A stretch of DNA of 60,838 bases from a virus (taxonomy: Duplodnaviria > Caudoviricetes): positions 1 through 60,838 of the IMG/VR virus record IMGVR_UViG_3300048635_000011; one strand, given 5' to 3'. A program made the translations under genes and the position numbers. The first letter of the stretch is position 1, and the number at the start of each line of letters is the position of its first letter. The notes under the pieces are model-generated. The model saw nothing but the letters and a program-made list of their open reading frames with translations. It had not been told where the DNA came from and did no database searches. Positions 9,208 through 19,493 of this stretch are shown here, one piece after another.

Positions 9208-10365
9208 ATGAATATACCAGAAAAAATAGAAGCAGGTTATAACACTCGTAGAGATACCTATTCAGGCAAACTAGCCTATGTTACTTGGATTAACCCTCGT
9301 GGCAAACGTATGAAAGAACCTTCATGGGAAAAATGGAGGGATAAAAAATTAGGTTCAGATATTTATGACAATACACCTTTAGAAGGGTTTGTACTTAATA
9401 AAAAAGCAGGGGATTACACAACGCATTGGAATAAGCGTTCAACTTATGCAAGAGTACATGACCCTCGTGGATTCGAGGTGGAACTCACCATTGAAAATTT
9501 ACTTTATATCTTGGATTATGCAGATTGCCTAAAAGGTAAAGGATTAGAAGGAGAATTTGTATATGGTATGGAAGGTAGAGATTTATGGTTAATACCTATT
9601 ACATCTCCTATATATAAAGATTCTATTGTAGTAAAAAGTACCCCAAAAGAATCCTTAGACCAGTTTACTACTCCCTCAAAACTAATTGTGGGTAACGTAT
9701 ATGAGTTACATGGTAAAGGTAAAGACTACACCTACATGGGCAAGTACCCTACAACGTACACTGCGAAAACTCATCATACATTTGCACGTATGGGCACATA
9801 TACTTGGGGGGAAGGTTCAAAGTACCTCCAAGTTGAAGGATGGGCTGCATTAACTCGTAAAGTATTTAAACCTGTGGTAGAAGTAACTAACCCTGATTTT
9901 AAGAAATTAGAAGCTACCTTTCATCGTGATTCTTGGGCTTACTGCAAAAAAACCCGTACTAGAGTATTTCTTACAGAAGAAGAAATTGAAGTACAAGCAG
10001 CTATTATTCGTAAAGGCGTTGTTAAAGCAATACAAAAGTTTACTCGACCTAAAGACTTATTAGTACAAGGATACTTCACCGTTACAGTACATTATTTAGA
10101 TAAGGACGCTTGTTCTTACTTATCTCATAATAGAGTAGAAACTCAAGTAGCTAACACAGAAGATGCTCTTGCTTTAACAAATGCAGAACTATTCCGTAAA
10201 GGCAAACCAAGTAAAATTATAGTAGGTAATCAATACTTCTCTGAAGAAGAGCCTATTGATATAAACTATTCTGTTTTATTTTATGGAGTCCCTAAAACAC
10301 AAAAAGATACTAACTTAGCCACTAATTTTTACACACAAGTAAAAGGCTTACACGAGGACATTTAA
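9208..10365 (+). CDS. Conserved phage hypothetical protein
   Basis: N-terminal 'KLAYVT...E.SW..WRD...N.P..GF...RVHDPRGFEVELTIENL' block familiar from many phages. Confidence 0.75.
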   Translation: MNIPEKIEAGYNTRRDTYSGKLAYVTWINPRGKRMKEPSWEKWRDKKLGSDIYDNTPLEGFVLNKKAGDYTTHWNKRSTYARVHDPRGFEVELTIENLLYILDYADCLKGKGLEGEFVYGMEGRDLWLIPITSPIYKDSIVVKSTPKESLDQFTTPSKLIVGNVYELHGKGKDYTYMGKYPTTYTAKTHHTFARMGTYTWGEGSKYLQVEGWAALTRKVFKPVVEVTNPDFKKLEATFHRDSWAYCKKTRTRVFLTEEEIEVQAAIIRKGVVKAIQKFTRPKDLLVQGYFTVTVHYLDKDACSYLSHNRVETQVANTEDALALTNAELFRKGKPSKIIVGNQYFSEEEPIDINYSVLFYGVPKTQKDTNLATNFYTQVKGLHEDI

Positions 10366-10366
10366 T

Positions 10367-10789
10367 ATGAAAGCTAAAGATATTGATAAAACAATTGCTG
10401 TTAAATTGCATCAAATTAAAAAATACAAATTACTCTATAATAAACGTTTCCGTTATATTACTACTGGTAGTTTATTATATTTAGGTACAACCTACAAAAT
10501 ACAAACATTATCCCCAGCTATTGCTTCTGAAGTACTCACATTACTTCGTTTAACTAAACAAACACTTGTAGAGTATGACCTAGTAAATAGTAATTACCAT
10601 AATGGATTCACTATTGATGAGTTTATCAAAGATTTAGACACCCGCTTACTACAAATTAAACAAGTAGAAGGTAAAGCGGATTTACTTCAAATGGAAAAAC
10701 AATTAAAAACTTTACAAAGCGAAAAAGCAAAACGCATAAACACTCTAAAGGGGTTAGAAAAACAATTAAGTAAATTAGTAGGTAAATAA
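10367..10789 (+). CDS. Hypothetical coiled-coil protein
   Basis: GAGGA RBS; helical C-terminus. Confidence 0.7.
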   Translation: MKAKDIDKTIAVKLHQIKKYKLLYNKRFRYITTGSLLYLGTTYKIQTLSPAIASEVLTLLRLTKQTLVEYDLVNSNYHNGFTIDEFIKDLDTRLLQIKQVEGKADLLQMEKQLKTLQSEKAKRINTLKGLEKQLSKLVGK

Positions 10790-10815
10790 GATGCCGATAG
10801 ATTTAAATAAGCTAA

Positions 10816-12756
10816 ATGGAGACTTTTATGAAGCGTGTAATTAATGGTAAGGATGCTCTTAATCTAGCTCCTATTAAGTATAAGTATGCTTATGAATTCT
10901 TTCTAAATACAGGTAAAAATTTCTGGATACCCCAAGAAATAGCCGTAGGGGAAGATATTAATTCATTTAAGTATGGTTTGAATGATGCTGAACGGCATGT
11001 ATTTACTCATGTGTTTGCTACGCTAAGTACTATGGATAAGTTAGCAGGTAATATTCTTAATGAATTGTCTACCAAAATTACCAGTCCAGAACACCAATTA
11101 GGGATAGCTGCACAGATTTACCAAGAAGCTTACCATAGTGATAGCTACTTATACTGCTTAACGCCTGATCATGAGGTTCTAACTGAACATGGTTGGAAAG
11201 TTATAGGAGATATAACTACTACTGATAAAGTACTTTGTTATGATCCTGACACTTCATCAAGTAGCTTTCATACACCATCAAAGGTACATAACTACCTATA
11301 CACAGGGGATTTAAATTACTTTGAGGGCAGATACTTTAAACAAGTGACTACGGATGATCATAGAATGCTTTGTATTGGTGCAAGAAGTAGGAAGAAAAAA
11401 GTAAAATTAGCTAAAGAGTTTCCAGTAAACTCTAAAGTAAACTTTACTTTATTAAACCAAGCCCCTTTACAGAGTGTAGGAGTAGGCTTAACAAACCACC
11501 AACGTCTACTAATAGCACTACAAGCAGATGGTACAGTATATTACAATAAATGGCACTTTACACTCTCAAAACAACGCAAAATTAAAAGGTTATTAACTTT
11601 GTGTGCATCACTAGGGTACACAGTTACTACTTCACCTACAACTAGACAAAACATTCCTAATCAAAAAAACTGCACTATATTTAGGGTAAGTGTCCCAAAA
11701 GGAGTGGTAGCTACGAAAAGCTTCTCAGACTGGGTAGAATATAATCAATCTACACAATACTACACTGATTTTATGGATGAACTACAGCACTGGGATTCTC
11801 ATATTAGGGTAGACGGAAGACCATCATTTGTGTATTGCTCTACAAATAGTACTAACGCTGATATAGCTTTAACTATAGGGGTACTGGCGGGTAAGAGAGT
11901 AAGTAGAAATGTTCAAATTGGTAAAGGTACACGTAAAGATTCTTATAGAATAACTTTCGTAAATGCTGACACTGCTAAAGGTACTGTAGTTAAAACTACC
12001 AAAAAGGTTTTTAAACAACAAGTACACTGTCTAACAGTACCCACTGGGTTTTTTGTGGTTAAGGCAGATAATAAAGTGTCAATAACAGGTAATTGCGCTA
12101 CTCATATTGGTTTGGATGAAGAATGGTTATGGAGTAGATGGGAACAAGTACCAGAAATAAAAGCTAAGATTGACTTCATGACAGATAGCTTAAAATCTCA
12201 AACCTTTCTAGGACAGTACTTTACTGTAGCAGCAGTGCTAGAGTCTGTATTCTTTATGACAGGTTTCAACCCTATATTTGCATTGGCTCGAAATAATAAA
12301 GTGAAACGTGTTACTGAGGTATTACAGTATATAGCAAGAGATGAAGACCTACACATTAAGTTTGGTATGGAAACCATTAAAAATATTATTAAAGAGGAAA
12401 ACTTAAAAAAAGACCTTATAACTAAACATTTTAGTAAAATTCTTAATGAAGCTTTACGTTTAGAATATGATTATATTAACTTCATTTATAGTGAAGGAAG
12501 TACTATGGGTTATAACCCTTTGGAACACATGCAGTATGCTTCCTTAAGAGCGCGTAATGCTATGCGTTACTGTGGACTATCAGAGAAACATTTAATACTT
12601 CCTGAAGCTCCAAAGTCCCCTACATGGATACATGAAATGCTTTTAAGTAAGAAAGAAAAAAATTTCTTTGAAGCTAAAGTAACAGAGTATCAATCAGGGG
12701 GGTTGGATTGGAGTAACCCAGACGTAGACCCTTGGACTTTAGAAATTAAAGGATAA
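10816..12756 (+). CDS. nrdB: Class I ribonucleotide reductase beta subunit containing an intein
   Basis: FWIPQEI, QEAYHSDSY (E..H...Y radical motif), LESVFFMTGF, IARDEDLH, NFFEAKVTEY. Confidence 0.92.
   Translation: METFMKRVINGKDALNLAPIKYKYAYEFFLNTGKNFWIPQEIAVGEDINSFKYGLNDAERHVFTHVFATLSTMDKLAGNILNELSTKITSPEHQLGIAAQIYQEAYHSDSYLYCLTPDHEVLTEHGWKVIGDITTTDKVLCYDPDTSSSSFHTPSKVHNYLYTGDLNYFEGRYFKQVTTDDHRMLCIGARSRKKKVKLAKEFPVNSKVNFTLLNQAPLQSVGVGLTNHQRLLIALQADGTVYYNKWHFTLSKQRKIKRLLTLCASLGYTVTTSPTTRQNIPNQKNCTIFRVSVPKGVVATKSFSDWVEYNQSTQYYTDFMDELQHWDSHIRVDGRPSFVYCSTNSTNADIALTIGVLAGKRVSRNVQIGKGTRKDSYRITFVNADTAKGTVVKTTKKVFKQQVHCLTVPTGFFVVKADNKVSITGNCATHIGLDEEWLWSRWEQVPEIKAKIDFMTDSLKSQTFLGQYFTVAAVLESVFFMTGFNPIFALARNNKVKRVTEVLQYIARDEDLHIKFGMETIKNIIKEENLKKDLITKHFSKILNEALRLEYDYINFIYSEGSTMGYNPLEHMQYASLRARNAMRYCGLSEKHLILPEAPKSPTWIHEMLLSKKEKNFFEAKVTEYQSGGLDWSNPDVDPWTLEIKG
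11155..12093 (+). mobile_element. Intein with LAGLIDADG-type endonuclease domain (313 aa)
   Basis: Starts CLTPDHEVLTEHGWK; block B VTTDDHRM; LQADG and WDSH endonuclease blocks; VHCLTVPTGFFVV; ends ITGN/C. Confidence 0.92.
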
Positions 12757-12803
12757 AACAATGAATACAGTACATCAAACAGAAACATCTACTTCTATCC
12801 CTG

Positions 12804-13061
12804 ATGAACAACGACCTCCTAAGCAACATCCAGAAGCACCTATACCTTCAGATAAAAAACCAACTAAGGGTTAATATAGTGGATATACAATTAACAGCAA
12901 AAAGTATTTGTAATAAATACCCTGATGTCATGGCAGCTTATAAGAAAGCCAAAGAAGATGGGTTTCCTTATATAGCTACTAAATATTGTATGTACTCTAC
13001 TTATAGATACCTGAATATTTTAGCTGACAAACGTAAATTGGAACTACAACTTAAAGTGTAG
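12804..13061 (+). CDS. Hypothetical protein (start uncertain)
   Basis: ORF; a 37-aa Pro-rich ORF (12761-12874) with its own RBS overlaps it, so the true start may be GTG 12879. Confidence 0.45.
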   Translation: MNNDLLSNIQKHLYLQIKNQLRVNIVDIQLTAKSICNKYPDVMAAYKKAKEDGFPYIATKYCMYSTYRYLNILADKRKLELQLKV

Positions 13062-13130
13062 TTAAATGAAATTAGAGTATAACAATATAACTATTAAAGT
13101 TATTATGAAAAATATTAATGAGGAAAATAT

Positions 13131-13331
13131 ATGAAAAAATCAAAGGATTTTATTAGTTTAGCTGATAAAGCTAAACACGTATCTATCAAAAAGAAATCAG
13201 GGGACGGTGGTAAAGATGTGTATGTGGGTACTGTCAGTCTTACTGGTGGAGCGATTGATCAACAAGTACGGAGTAACACCCCAGTAGGTGTTATAGTTAA
13301 ATTACTCAATAATGAAGGTATGAAGGATTAA
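13131..13331 (+). CDS. Hypothetical protein
   Basis: GAGGA RBS. Confidence 0.65.
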   Translation: MKKSKDFISLADKAKHVSIKKKSGDGGKDVYVGTVSLTGGAIDQQVRSNTPVGVIVKLLNNEGMKD

Positions 13332-13334
13332 ACC

Positions 13335-13829
13335 ATGATTTATGATTTAGAATTAAGTTTTAGTAAAATCCCAATGCTTGAGGTTTCACATGGAGATATG
13401 TGTGAGTTTATAGCTTTATTACAACGCACATTTATCCCTAATAGAAGCACTTATGCTTTCAACTGGAAATCTGTTAAAGACTTCTCAATGAGCTTAAAAC
13501 ATACTGTAAAAATTAAAGGTGTACCCCATGAATTATTCATTGGTAAGAATTCACATAAATTACATGAGTATTCTCATGCTTATGAATTCTCCTTTGGGCA
13601 ACATAGTGGGTCTATTCGTTGCTATGTACACAATGATGAATTGGAGCTACAAGAGAGTTTAGAATCTATGCTAGGGGTGCTACATGAAGCAAGTCCTAAT
13701 AATATTAGTTGGAGTAAGAAAGTTGCTAGAATTATTAAAGGTGACACTAGTTTAGCTTATGAGTTAGAACCCAACATATATGATGAGTATAAGAAGGAGC
13801 AAAATAGTGAAGAAGGAGAGGAAGACTAA
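13335..13829 (+). CDS. Hypothetical protein
   Basis: AAGGA RBS; acidic tail. Confidence 0.7.
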   Translation: MIYDLELSFSKIPMLEVSHGDMCEFIALLQRTFIPNRSTYAFNWKSVKDFSMSLKHTVKIKGVPHELFIGKNSHKLHEYSHAYEFSFGQHSGSIRCYVHNDELELQESLESMLGVLHEASPNNISWSKKVARIIKGDTSLAYELEPNIYDEYKKEQNSEEGEED

Positions 13830-14193
13830 CCTCAAACTTAAACAGTATGCTGACTTATCCTTATATGTTGTACCCCCTATGAAACGAGTACTCGATGAAA
13901 GGGGGTTTATATATATAGTACTTGATTCCGTTTTCCCTGATTACGTTAAAATGGGAAAGACTAAAGATATGAAAAAACGTATCGCAATGTATAATACTGA
14001 TAAACCGTTCCCTACTACTAAATTACATTTTATTAGTAGGGAATTTGTTGACTGTAAAAAAGTAGAGGAAGCTATTAAAGTTACTATTTATGATAGTATA
14101 TCCCCTACTACTTTAAAACAAGAGTGGTTTGAAATTAAACATTTAGACTATATTAAGGGACTTATAACAGAAGCAGAGGATATTTATGAATAA
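13780..14193 (+). CDS. GIY-YIG (T5orf172-like) nuclease-domain protein
   Basis: GFIYIV...YVKMGKT..MKKRI..YN...VE..I......EWF. Confidence 0.8.
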   Translation: MMSIRRSKIVKKERKTNLKLKQYADLSLYVVPPMKRVLDERGFIYIVLDSVFPDYVKMGKTKDMKKRIAMYNTDKPFPTTKLHFISREFVDCKKVEEAIKVTIYDSISPTTLKQEWFEIKHLDYIKGLITEAEDIYE

Positions 14194-15118
14194 ATTATAT
14201 AATTACTTTTTAGCATTACTTGTATTAATTGGGTTACATGGTTGTATAGGGGATTACCCTATGCGATTGTATAATAATATTGATATATACGAACCAACTA
14301 CATTAACAGAGGATAAATATGGTGTTACATACCATGTGTATAATACCCACTTAAACCTTAATAATTTTACCTTATATGGGGAAACTACTAAAGGCATTGG
14401 GCATGTAGCTGTAGTATTACATGGAACAGCTACAGTTAGTAATGGTACTATATCAGGTTACTACAACGGTATATCTGTAGATAATGAATTAGACTCTAGT
14501 GTGTACAATAAGAAAATATATAAAGTAACTAAAGAACAAGCAACTCGTATAGCTAAAATGTATATACAATTAAGCTCTTACGAGCCTATTGTGGATAGAT
14601 TAACTATTACTAATTCTTTAGAAGCAGGTATATATGTAAAAGCTTATGTGAATAGATTCATATTAACTCGATCTACTATTATTGGCTCAGGGTATATGGG
14701 AGTTTACTTAGATCATAATTCTTATGGAGCTATCATTATGCAAAATACTTTTGAAGCTAATGGCTACGCACCAAGAGAGCCAAAAGAAGGTATAGCTATG
14801 GATTCTACTAGTAATAATTTAATATCAGATAATACATTTATAGCTAATGCTAGTAGAGGTATATCTCTATACACAAATTATGGAGAAAATTCTTTAACGC
14901 GAACTACTTGTGATGATAATCTTATTACACATAACACCTTTAAAAATGGGGTAAATGGAGTATCTATAGCCGCAAGACAAAACCGTATGGTTATAGGGTA
15001 TAAAGGAGCTGACTACGCTAAAAACAATACTGTTAGTGATAATACTTTTATAAATGTAAAATTACCTATCGAAGTTTTAGACACTCCAAATTACATAAAC
15101 AATAATATAATAAAATAG
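14186..15118 (+). CDS. Lipoprotein with right-handed parallel beta-helix (pectin-lyase/NosD-like)
   Basis: Lipobox-like LHGC after hydrophobic leader; repeated N.I..NTF..N...GI motifs. Confidence 0.75.
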   Translation: MNKLYNYFLALLVLIGLHGCIGDYPMRLYNNIDIYEPTTLTEDKYGVTYHVYNTHLNLNNFTLYGETTKGIGHVAVVLHGTATVSNGTISGYYNGISVDNELDSSVYNKKIYKVTKEQATRIAKMYIQLSSYEPIVDRLTITNSLEAGIYVKAYVNRFILTRSTIIGSGYMGVYLDHNSYGAIIMQNTFEANGYAPREPKEGIAMDSTSNNLISDNTFIANASRGISLYTNYGENSLTRTTCDDNLITHNTFKNGVNGVSIAARQNRMVIGYKGADYAKNNTVSDNTFINVKLPIEVLDTPNYINNNIIK

Positions 15119-15125
15119 AGAGAAT

Positions 15126-16133
15126 ATGTTAAATATAAATAAACTACCTTTATCCGTAGCTGTATTCTTAGCTAGTGACCAGTATGATTATGATAGTAGA
15201 GATAAAGTTATCTCTGCTACTAGCATCCTACGTCCTGTTAAAAAAACCATTATGGGGTATAGAGCAGCTAAAGAGGGTATTGTAGAAGACTTAGATGTTA
15301 CAGATGTCTTAGCTAGTAGAGATGGTACTGCATTACATGATGCTATTGAAGCAGTATGGGGAGATGCTACTTTACGGTATAGAGCATTAACTAAATTAGG
15401 ATATGATTCTAATTTCATAGACCGTATTGTAGTTAATCCTACGCAAGTTGTTAATGGGCAAATCCCAATCTATATGGAAAACAGGGAGGAAAGAGAATTA
15501 GAAGGACATATAATTACAGGAAAATATGATATTATCTTTGATGGACAAGTAGAAGATTATAAGAAAACTAGTGCTTTTAAAGTTATTAAAACCTTAGATG
15601 ATTTAGCTAAATATGTTCCTTTAACAGAAGAGTATACTCCTACAGCATGGGAATACGCTATGCAAGGTAGTATATACAAATGGTTAAATCCTACAAAAAT
15701 ATTTGATCCTTATATGCGGATTAACTTTTTTATACGAGATTACAACTTACAAGCTAAAGCACGTGTTTCAACTAATCCTTTTAGTGTATTAATCCCTTTA
15801 TTTGATACTGTGCAAACAGAGAAATTTTTGGTTCAACGTATAAAGGATTTACAAAAGCAATCTGCTTTAAAACAAAGTGATATTACTCCTTGTACACCCC
15901 AGCAATTATGGATGGATAAGCCAAAATATAAATACTATGCTAACCCAAGTAAAACTACAGGTAGGAGTACACGTACATTCACTTGTCAAAAAGAAGCTGC
16001 TATACATAAAGCTAAAGTAGCCCCCAAAGGGGTTTGGGTGACAGATAGGGGCAAAGCTAGAGCATGTGCTTACTGTAGAGGTAGACCTATATGTAAACAA
16101 TACAAACAATTACACAAAGAAGGTAAAGTATGA
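15126..16133 (+). CDS. N4 gp42-like PD-(D/E)xK nuclease (Cas4/RecB-like)
   Basis: GTALHDAIE, ITGKYD...DYK..S, Q.SIY.WL, C-terminal CAYC...C; synteny before primase. Confidence 0.85.
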   Translation: MLNINKLPLSVAVFLASDQYDYDSRDKVISATSILRPVKKTIMGYRAAKEGIVEDLDVTDVLASRDGTALHDAIEAVWGDATLRYRALTKLGYDSNFIDRIVVNPTQVVNGQIPIYMENREERELEGHIITGKYDIIFDGQVEDYKKTSAFKVIKTLDDLAKYVPLTEEYTPTAWEYAMQGSIYKWLNPTKIFDPYMRINFFIRDYNLQAKARVSTNPFSVLIPLFDTVQTEKFLVQRIKDLQKQSALKQSDITPCTPQQLWMDKPKYKYYANPSKTTGRSTRTFTCQKEAAIHKAKVAPKGVWVTDRGKARACAYCRGRPICKQYKQLHKEGKV

Positions 16134-18271
16134 CTTATTTAAAAGAAAAAGTTAGATTTAATAAAAGCGAAGAACTTGTAGATTTACTATCCAGACGTAT
16201 ACAAAATGATGATAAACAATTTTATAGGTTGCTTGTTGCTTACTTTTTTGGAAAAGTAGCTTCTAATATGCGAGCTAATATCCATTCTAAAGCAATAGGG
16301 AAACTCCCTATTAATCTATACGTTATTAATTTAGCTAATTCAGGAGCAGGTAAATCGTATAGTAATTCTATTTTAGAACACAGTATTTTTCACTTATTTA
16401 GACAAATATTTGTTACTCAAACTATGCCAGCAATGGTGGATAAAGCTGTAGTACGTATGGGTATGGAACAATCCCTTAAAACAGGTAACCCAGAAGAAGA
16501 GGAGCAAGAAGTAGCTCGCAAAGAAATTCAATCTCTTGGTTCTATGTTATTTAGCTTTGATAGTGGTACAAGCCCAGCTTTTAAGCAACTGCGACAACTA
16601 CTACTAAATACAGGTATAGGTGCACTTAGTTTAGAGATGGATGAAATAGCTCGTAATATAAGCTCTAATAGTGAGCTATTCACAGCTTTATTAGAAACCT
16701 ATGATAGTGGTTACATAAAAACAAAGCTTATTAAACATACTAAGGATCAACCTAGGAGTACTGAGATAATAGGGCAAACTCCTAGTAATATGCTTTTGTA
16801 TGGTACACCCTCTGTTTTACTTAATGGAGGAGCTATAGAAGAAGAATTTAAAGGGATGTTAGAAACAGGTTACAGCAGACGTTCTTTATTTGGGTATAAC
16901 CCATCTGGTAAAAAACCTTCTAATAAAACAGCTAAAGAGATATATAAAGCTTTAACCTCTGATAAAAACCAAGCCTTAACTACTCAAATGGCTAATGATT
17001 TAGCTTTACTAGCAGATATTTCTAATTTAGGTAGAACTATAGAAGTTACAGAAGATATTACTATTTTACTTATTGAGTATCGTTTATATTGTGAACGTAA
17101 AGCTGCGGAATTATCAGAATATGATAAAGTGGAAAAAGCTGAAATTATGCACCGATACATGAAAGTGTATAAATTAATGGGAGCTTATGCTTTTATTGAT
17201 AACAAACCTGAAGTTAGTAAACATCATTTAAATGCAGCTATCACTCTAGTAGAAGAATCAGGAGAAGCTTTTAAAGAAATTATTAAACGTGATCCTCCTT
17301 ATATTAGACTAGCCAAGTATTTAGCTGAAGTTAAGAAAGATTGTACACAAGCAGATTTAGTTAGTGTTCTACCTTACTATAAAGGTACAGAGTCCGCTAA
17401 ACAGACTATGCTCAAGTTAGCTACTGCGTGGGGTTATAGAAATAACATTACTATATATCGTAAAGAGCAAGATGGTATAGAATTTATTAAAGGTGAAACC
17501 CTAAGAAAAACAAATTTAAATAAAATTGTTATAAGCTATAGTACTAAAGTAGCAGAAGATTACTTAGGGCAATTTGTACCATTTAATGAACTCCATAAAC
17601 TAATGCAATCTCCTACCCATCATTGGGTAAATCACCATTTACAAGGTAATTACCGCAATGAAGATAATTGTCTTAAAGGTGTTGGGTTCAACTGTGTAGT
17701 GCTAGACGTTGAAAAAAGTGTAGATATTCCTACAGCTAGGTTACTAATGAAGGACTTTACATACTTACTATACACTACTAAGCGGCATACAGAGCAGGAG
17801 CATAGATACCGTATTGTATTACCTATATCCCATCACTTACACCTAGAAGCCGATATTTATAAACAATTCATGAATAATATTTATAGTTGGCTTCCTTTTG
17901 ATGTTGACAAACAAACCAACCAAAGAGCTAGAAAATGGCTGACTCATAAAGGTATGTATCAGTATAATGAAGCTACTATGTTAGATGCTTTACTATTTTT
18001 ACCTAAAACAGATAAAGCAGAGTCACTTAAAAGAAAAATTACAGAAACAAGCGATTTAACAAACTTAGAAAGATGGTTTGTTTCTAACGTAGATGAAGGT
18101 AGAAATAATCAGCTTATTAAGTATGGTTTAATGCTAGTGGATGCTAAATTTCCATTAGATGTTATACAAACTAAGATATTGAATCTTAATGCTAAGTTCT
18201 CTAAATCTTTAAGCGAAACAGAAGTACTTAGCACCGTAATGATAACCGTAGCTAAAGCAATGGTTAAATAA
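16130..18271 (+). CDS. N4 gp43-like DNA primase (P-loop + primase domains)
   Basis: SGAGKS Walker A, MDE Walker B, VLDVE, YTTKRH...RYRIVLP, GRNNQL; N4 synteny. Confidence 0.9.
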   Translation: MTYLKEKVRFNKSEELVDLLSRRIQNDDKQFYRLLVAYFFGKVASNMRANIHSKAIGKLPINLYVINLANSGAGKSYSNSILEHSIFHLFRQIFVTQTMPAMVDKAVVRMGMEQSLKTGNPEEEEQEVARKEIQSLGSMLFSFDSGTSPAFKQLRQLLLNTGIGALSLEMDEIARNISSNSELFTALLETYDSGYIKTKLIKHTKDQPRSTEIIGQTPSNMLLYGTPSVLLNGGAIEEEFKGMLETGYSRRSLFGYNPSGKKPSNKTAKEIYKALTSDKNQALTTQMANDLALLADISNLGRTIEVTEDITILLIEYRLYCERKAAELSEYDKVEKAEIMHRYMKVYKLMGAYAFIDNKPEVSKHHLNAAITLVEESGEAFKEIIKRDPPYIRLAKYLAEVKKDCTQADLVSVLPYYKGTESAKQTMLKLATAWGYRNNITIYRKEQDGIEFIKGETLRKTNLNKIVISYSTKVAEDYLGQFVPFNELHKLMQSPTHHWVNHHLQGNYRNEDNCLKGVGFNCVVLDVEKSVDIPTARLLMKDFTYLLYTTKRHTEQEHRYRIVLPISHHLHLEADIYKQFMNNIYSWLPFDVDKQTNQRARKWLTHKGMYQYNEATMLDALLFLPKTDKAESLKRKITETSDLTNLERWFVSNVDEGRNNQLIKYGLMLVDAKFPLDVIQTKILNLNAKFSKSLSETEVLSTVMITVAKAMVK

Positions 18272-18276
18272 TATGT

Positions 18277-18296
18277 ACCCCTCTATATAGAGGGGT
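18277..18296. terminator. Palindromic hairpin after primase
   Basis: Perfect palindrome ACCCCTCTATATAGAGGGGT. Confidence 0.5.
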
Positions 18297-18329
18297 GCTA
18301 TCTAATAATAATAGAGAATAATAACAATA

Positions 18330-19049
18330 ATGAGTAATATAAATAATAATATTATCCTAATTACAGGACAATCTAATAGTGGTAAAACTACAGGATTAGA
18401 ATTCTGGAGTGACCATGAAACTAAAGTAGTAATTAATACAGATGCTAAAACTTTACCTTTCAAACATAAGTATAAAGAAATTAAATTAACAGACCCTAGA
18501 GTAGTTATTGATGCTATTGCTCAAATAGAGGCAGATGCTACAGTAACAGGAGCTGCTTTAGATACTTTAACTTTCCTTATGAGAGCTTATGAAAATCAAT
18601 ATGTTGTTACCTCAGCGGATACTCAAAGAGCTTGGGGGCAGTATGCCCAATTCTACATTGCTTATATAAATGCTATTAAAGCAGGTACTAAAGATTACGT
18701 AGTCATGGCTCATGAAGCTGATGTGTTTAATGAAAAAACTATGGAGTATGAAACTACTATACCTGTTAAAGGTGCAGTAGGTAAAACAGGAGTTAATGCT
18801 GACTTTAGTGTTATTGTAAGAGCTGTAAGAGTTAATATGGATGACTTAGAAGGTATTGAAAATGACTACTTACACATTACCGAGGAAGAAAAAGAAGATG
18901 GGGTTAAGTATGTCTTCCAAACTCGTATCACAGAAACTAGTAAAAACCACCCTATGAGGAGTCCTAGAGGATTATGGGAACGTAATGAGTTATATATTGA
19001 TAATAATGTACAGACTATTTTTGATAAACTACATAAATTTTATAACTAA
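18330..19049 (+). CDS. N4 gp44-like AAA ATPase (Sak4-like)
   Basis: GQSNSGKT Walker A, LDTLTFLM, MAHE, RSPRGL; synteny. Confidence 0.88.
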   Translation: MSNINNNIILITGQSNSGKTTGLEFWSDHETKVVINTDAKTLPFKHKYKEIKLTDPRVVIDAIAQIEADATVTGAALDTLTFLMRAYENQYVVTSADTQRAWGQYAQFYIAYINAIKAGTKDYVVMAHEADVFNEKTMEYETTIPVKGAVGKTGVNADFSVIVRAVRVNMDDLEGIENDYLHITEEEKEDGVKYVFQTRITETSKNHPMRSPRGLWERNELYIDNNVQTIFDKLHKFYN

Positions 19050-19069
19050 AAAAAAAAAAGGAGTAAGTT

Positions 19070-19486
19070 ATGGGTATAGATGCTATGGGTAATAAGCTCA
19101 TTATAGGTAATACCTATGGTGTTACGATTACTAACAAATGTTACACCACCACTTATGTAGGAACACTCCATAAGTTAAATACCTTTAAACCTACTATCAT
19201 TTTAACTTATATTAGCAGGGTTCTTACTACATCTGGGGAGAAAGGAAATTTACTTGGTTTACAAGTAGGTTCTAAATACTCCACTGAAGGCTGTAAGCTT
19301 ATTCCTATAGGTGCTCCTATAGGTAAACGCCCCACTATGTTAAAACGCCCTTTAAAAGGTGACTACTATTGGTATAAGCAAGGTATTGTAGATGGGGAGG
19401 AAATACTTTATAACCCCTGTAGTGATTGTGGAAATCCTGTCAAAGTAGGGTATATTTGTAATTTTTGTGGTAATGATAAAGGATAA
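19070..19486 (+). CDS. Hypothetical protein with C-terminal zinc ribbon
   Basis: DAMGNKLIIG N-terminus; CSDCG...CNFCG. Confidence 0.7.
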   Translation: MGIDAMGNKLIIGNTYGVTITNKCYTTTYVGTLHKLNTFKPTIILTYISRVLTTSGEKGNLLGLQVGSKYSTEGCKLIPIGAPIGKRPTMLKRPLKGDYYWYKQGIVDGEEILYNPCSDCGNPVKVGYICNFCGNDKG

Positions 19487-19493
19487 ATAGGAA

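Noticed and set aside
19048-19059. Poly-A runs (12 A here, 10 A at 798-807) as phase-variation switches
   Set aside because: Intergenic, upstream of RBSs in an AT-rich genome; no frame effect, and could be homopolymer-length error.
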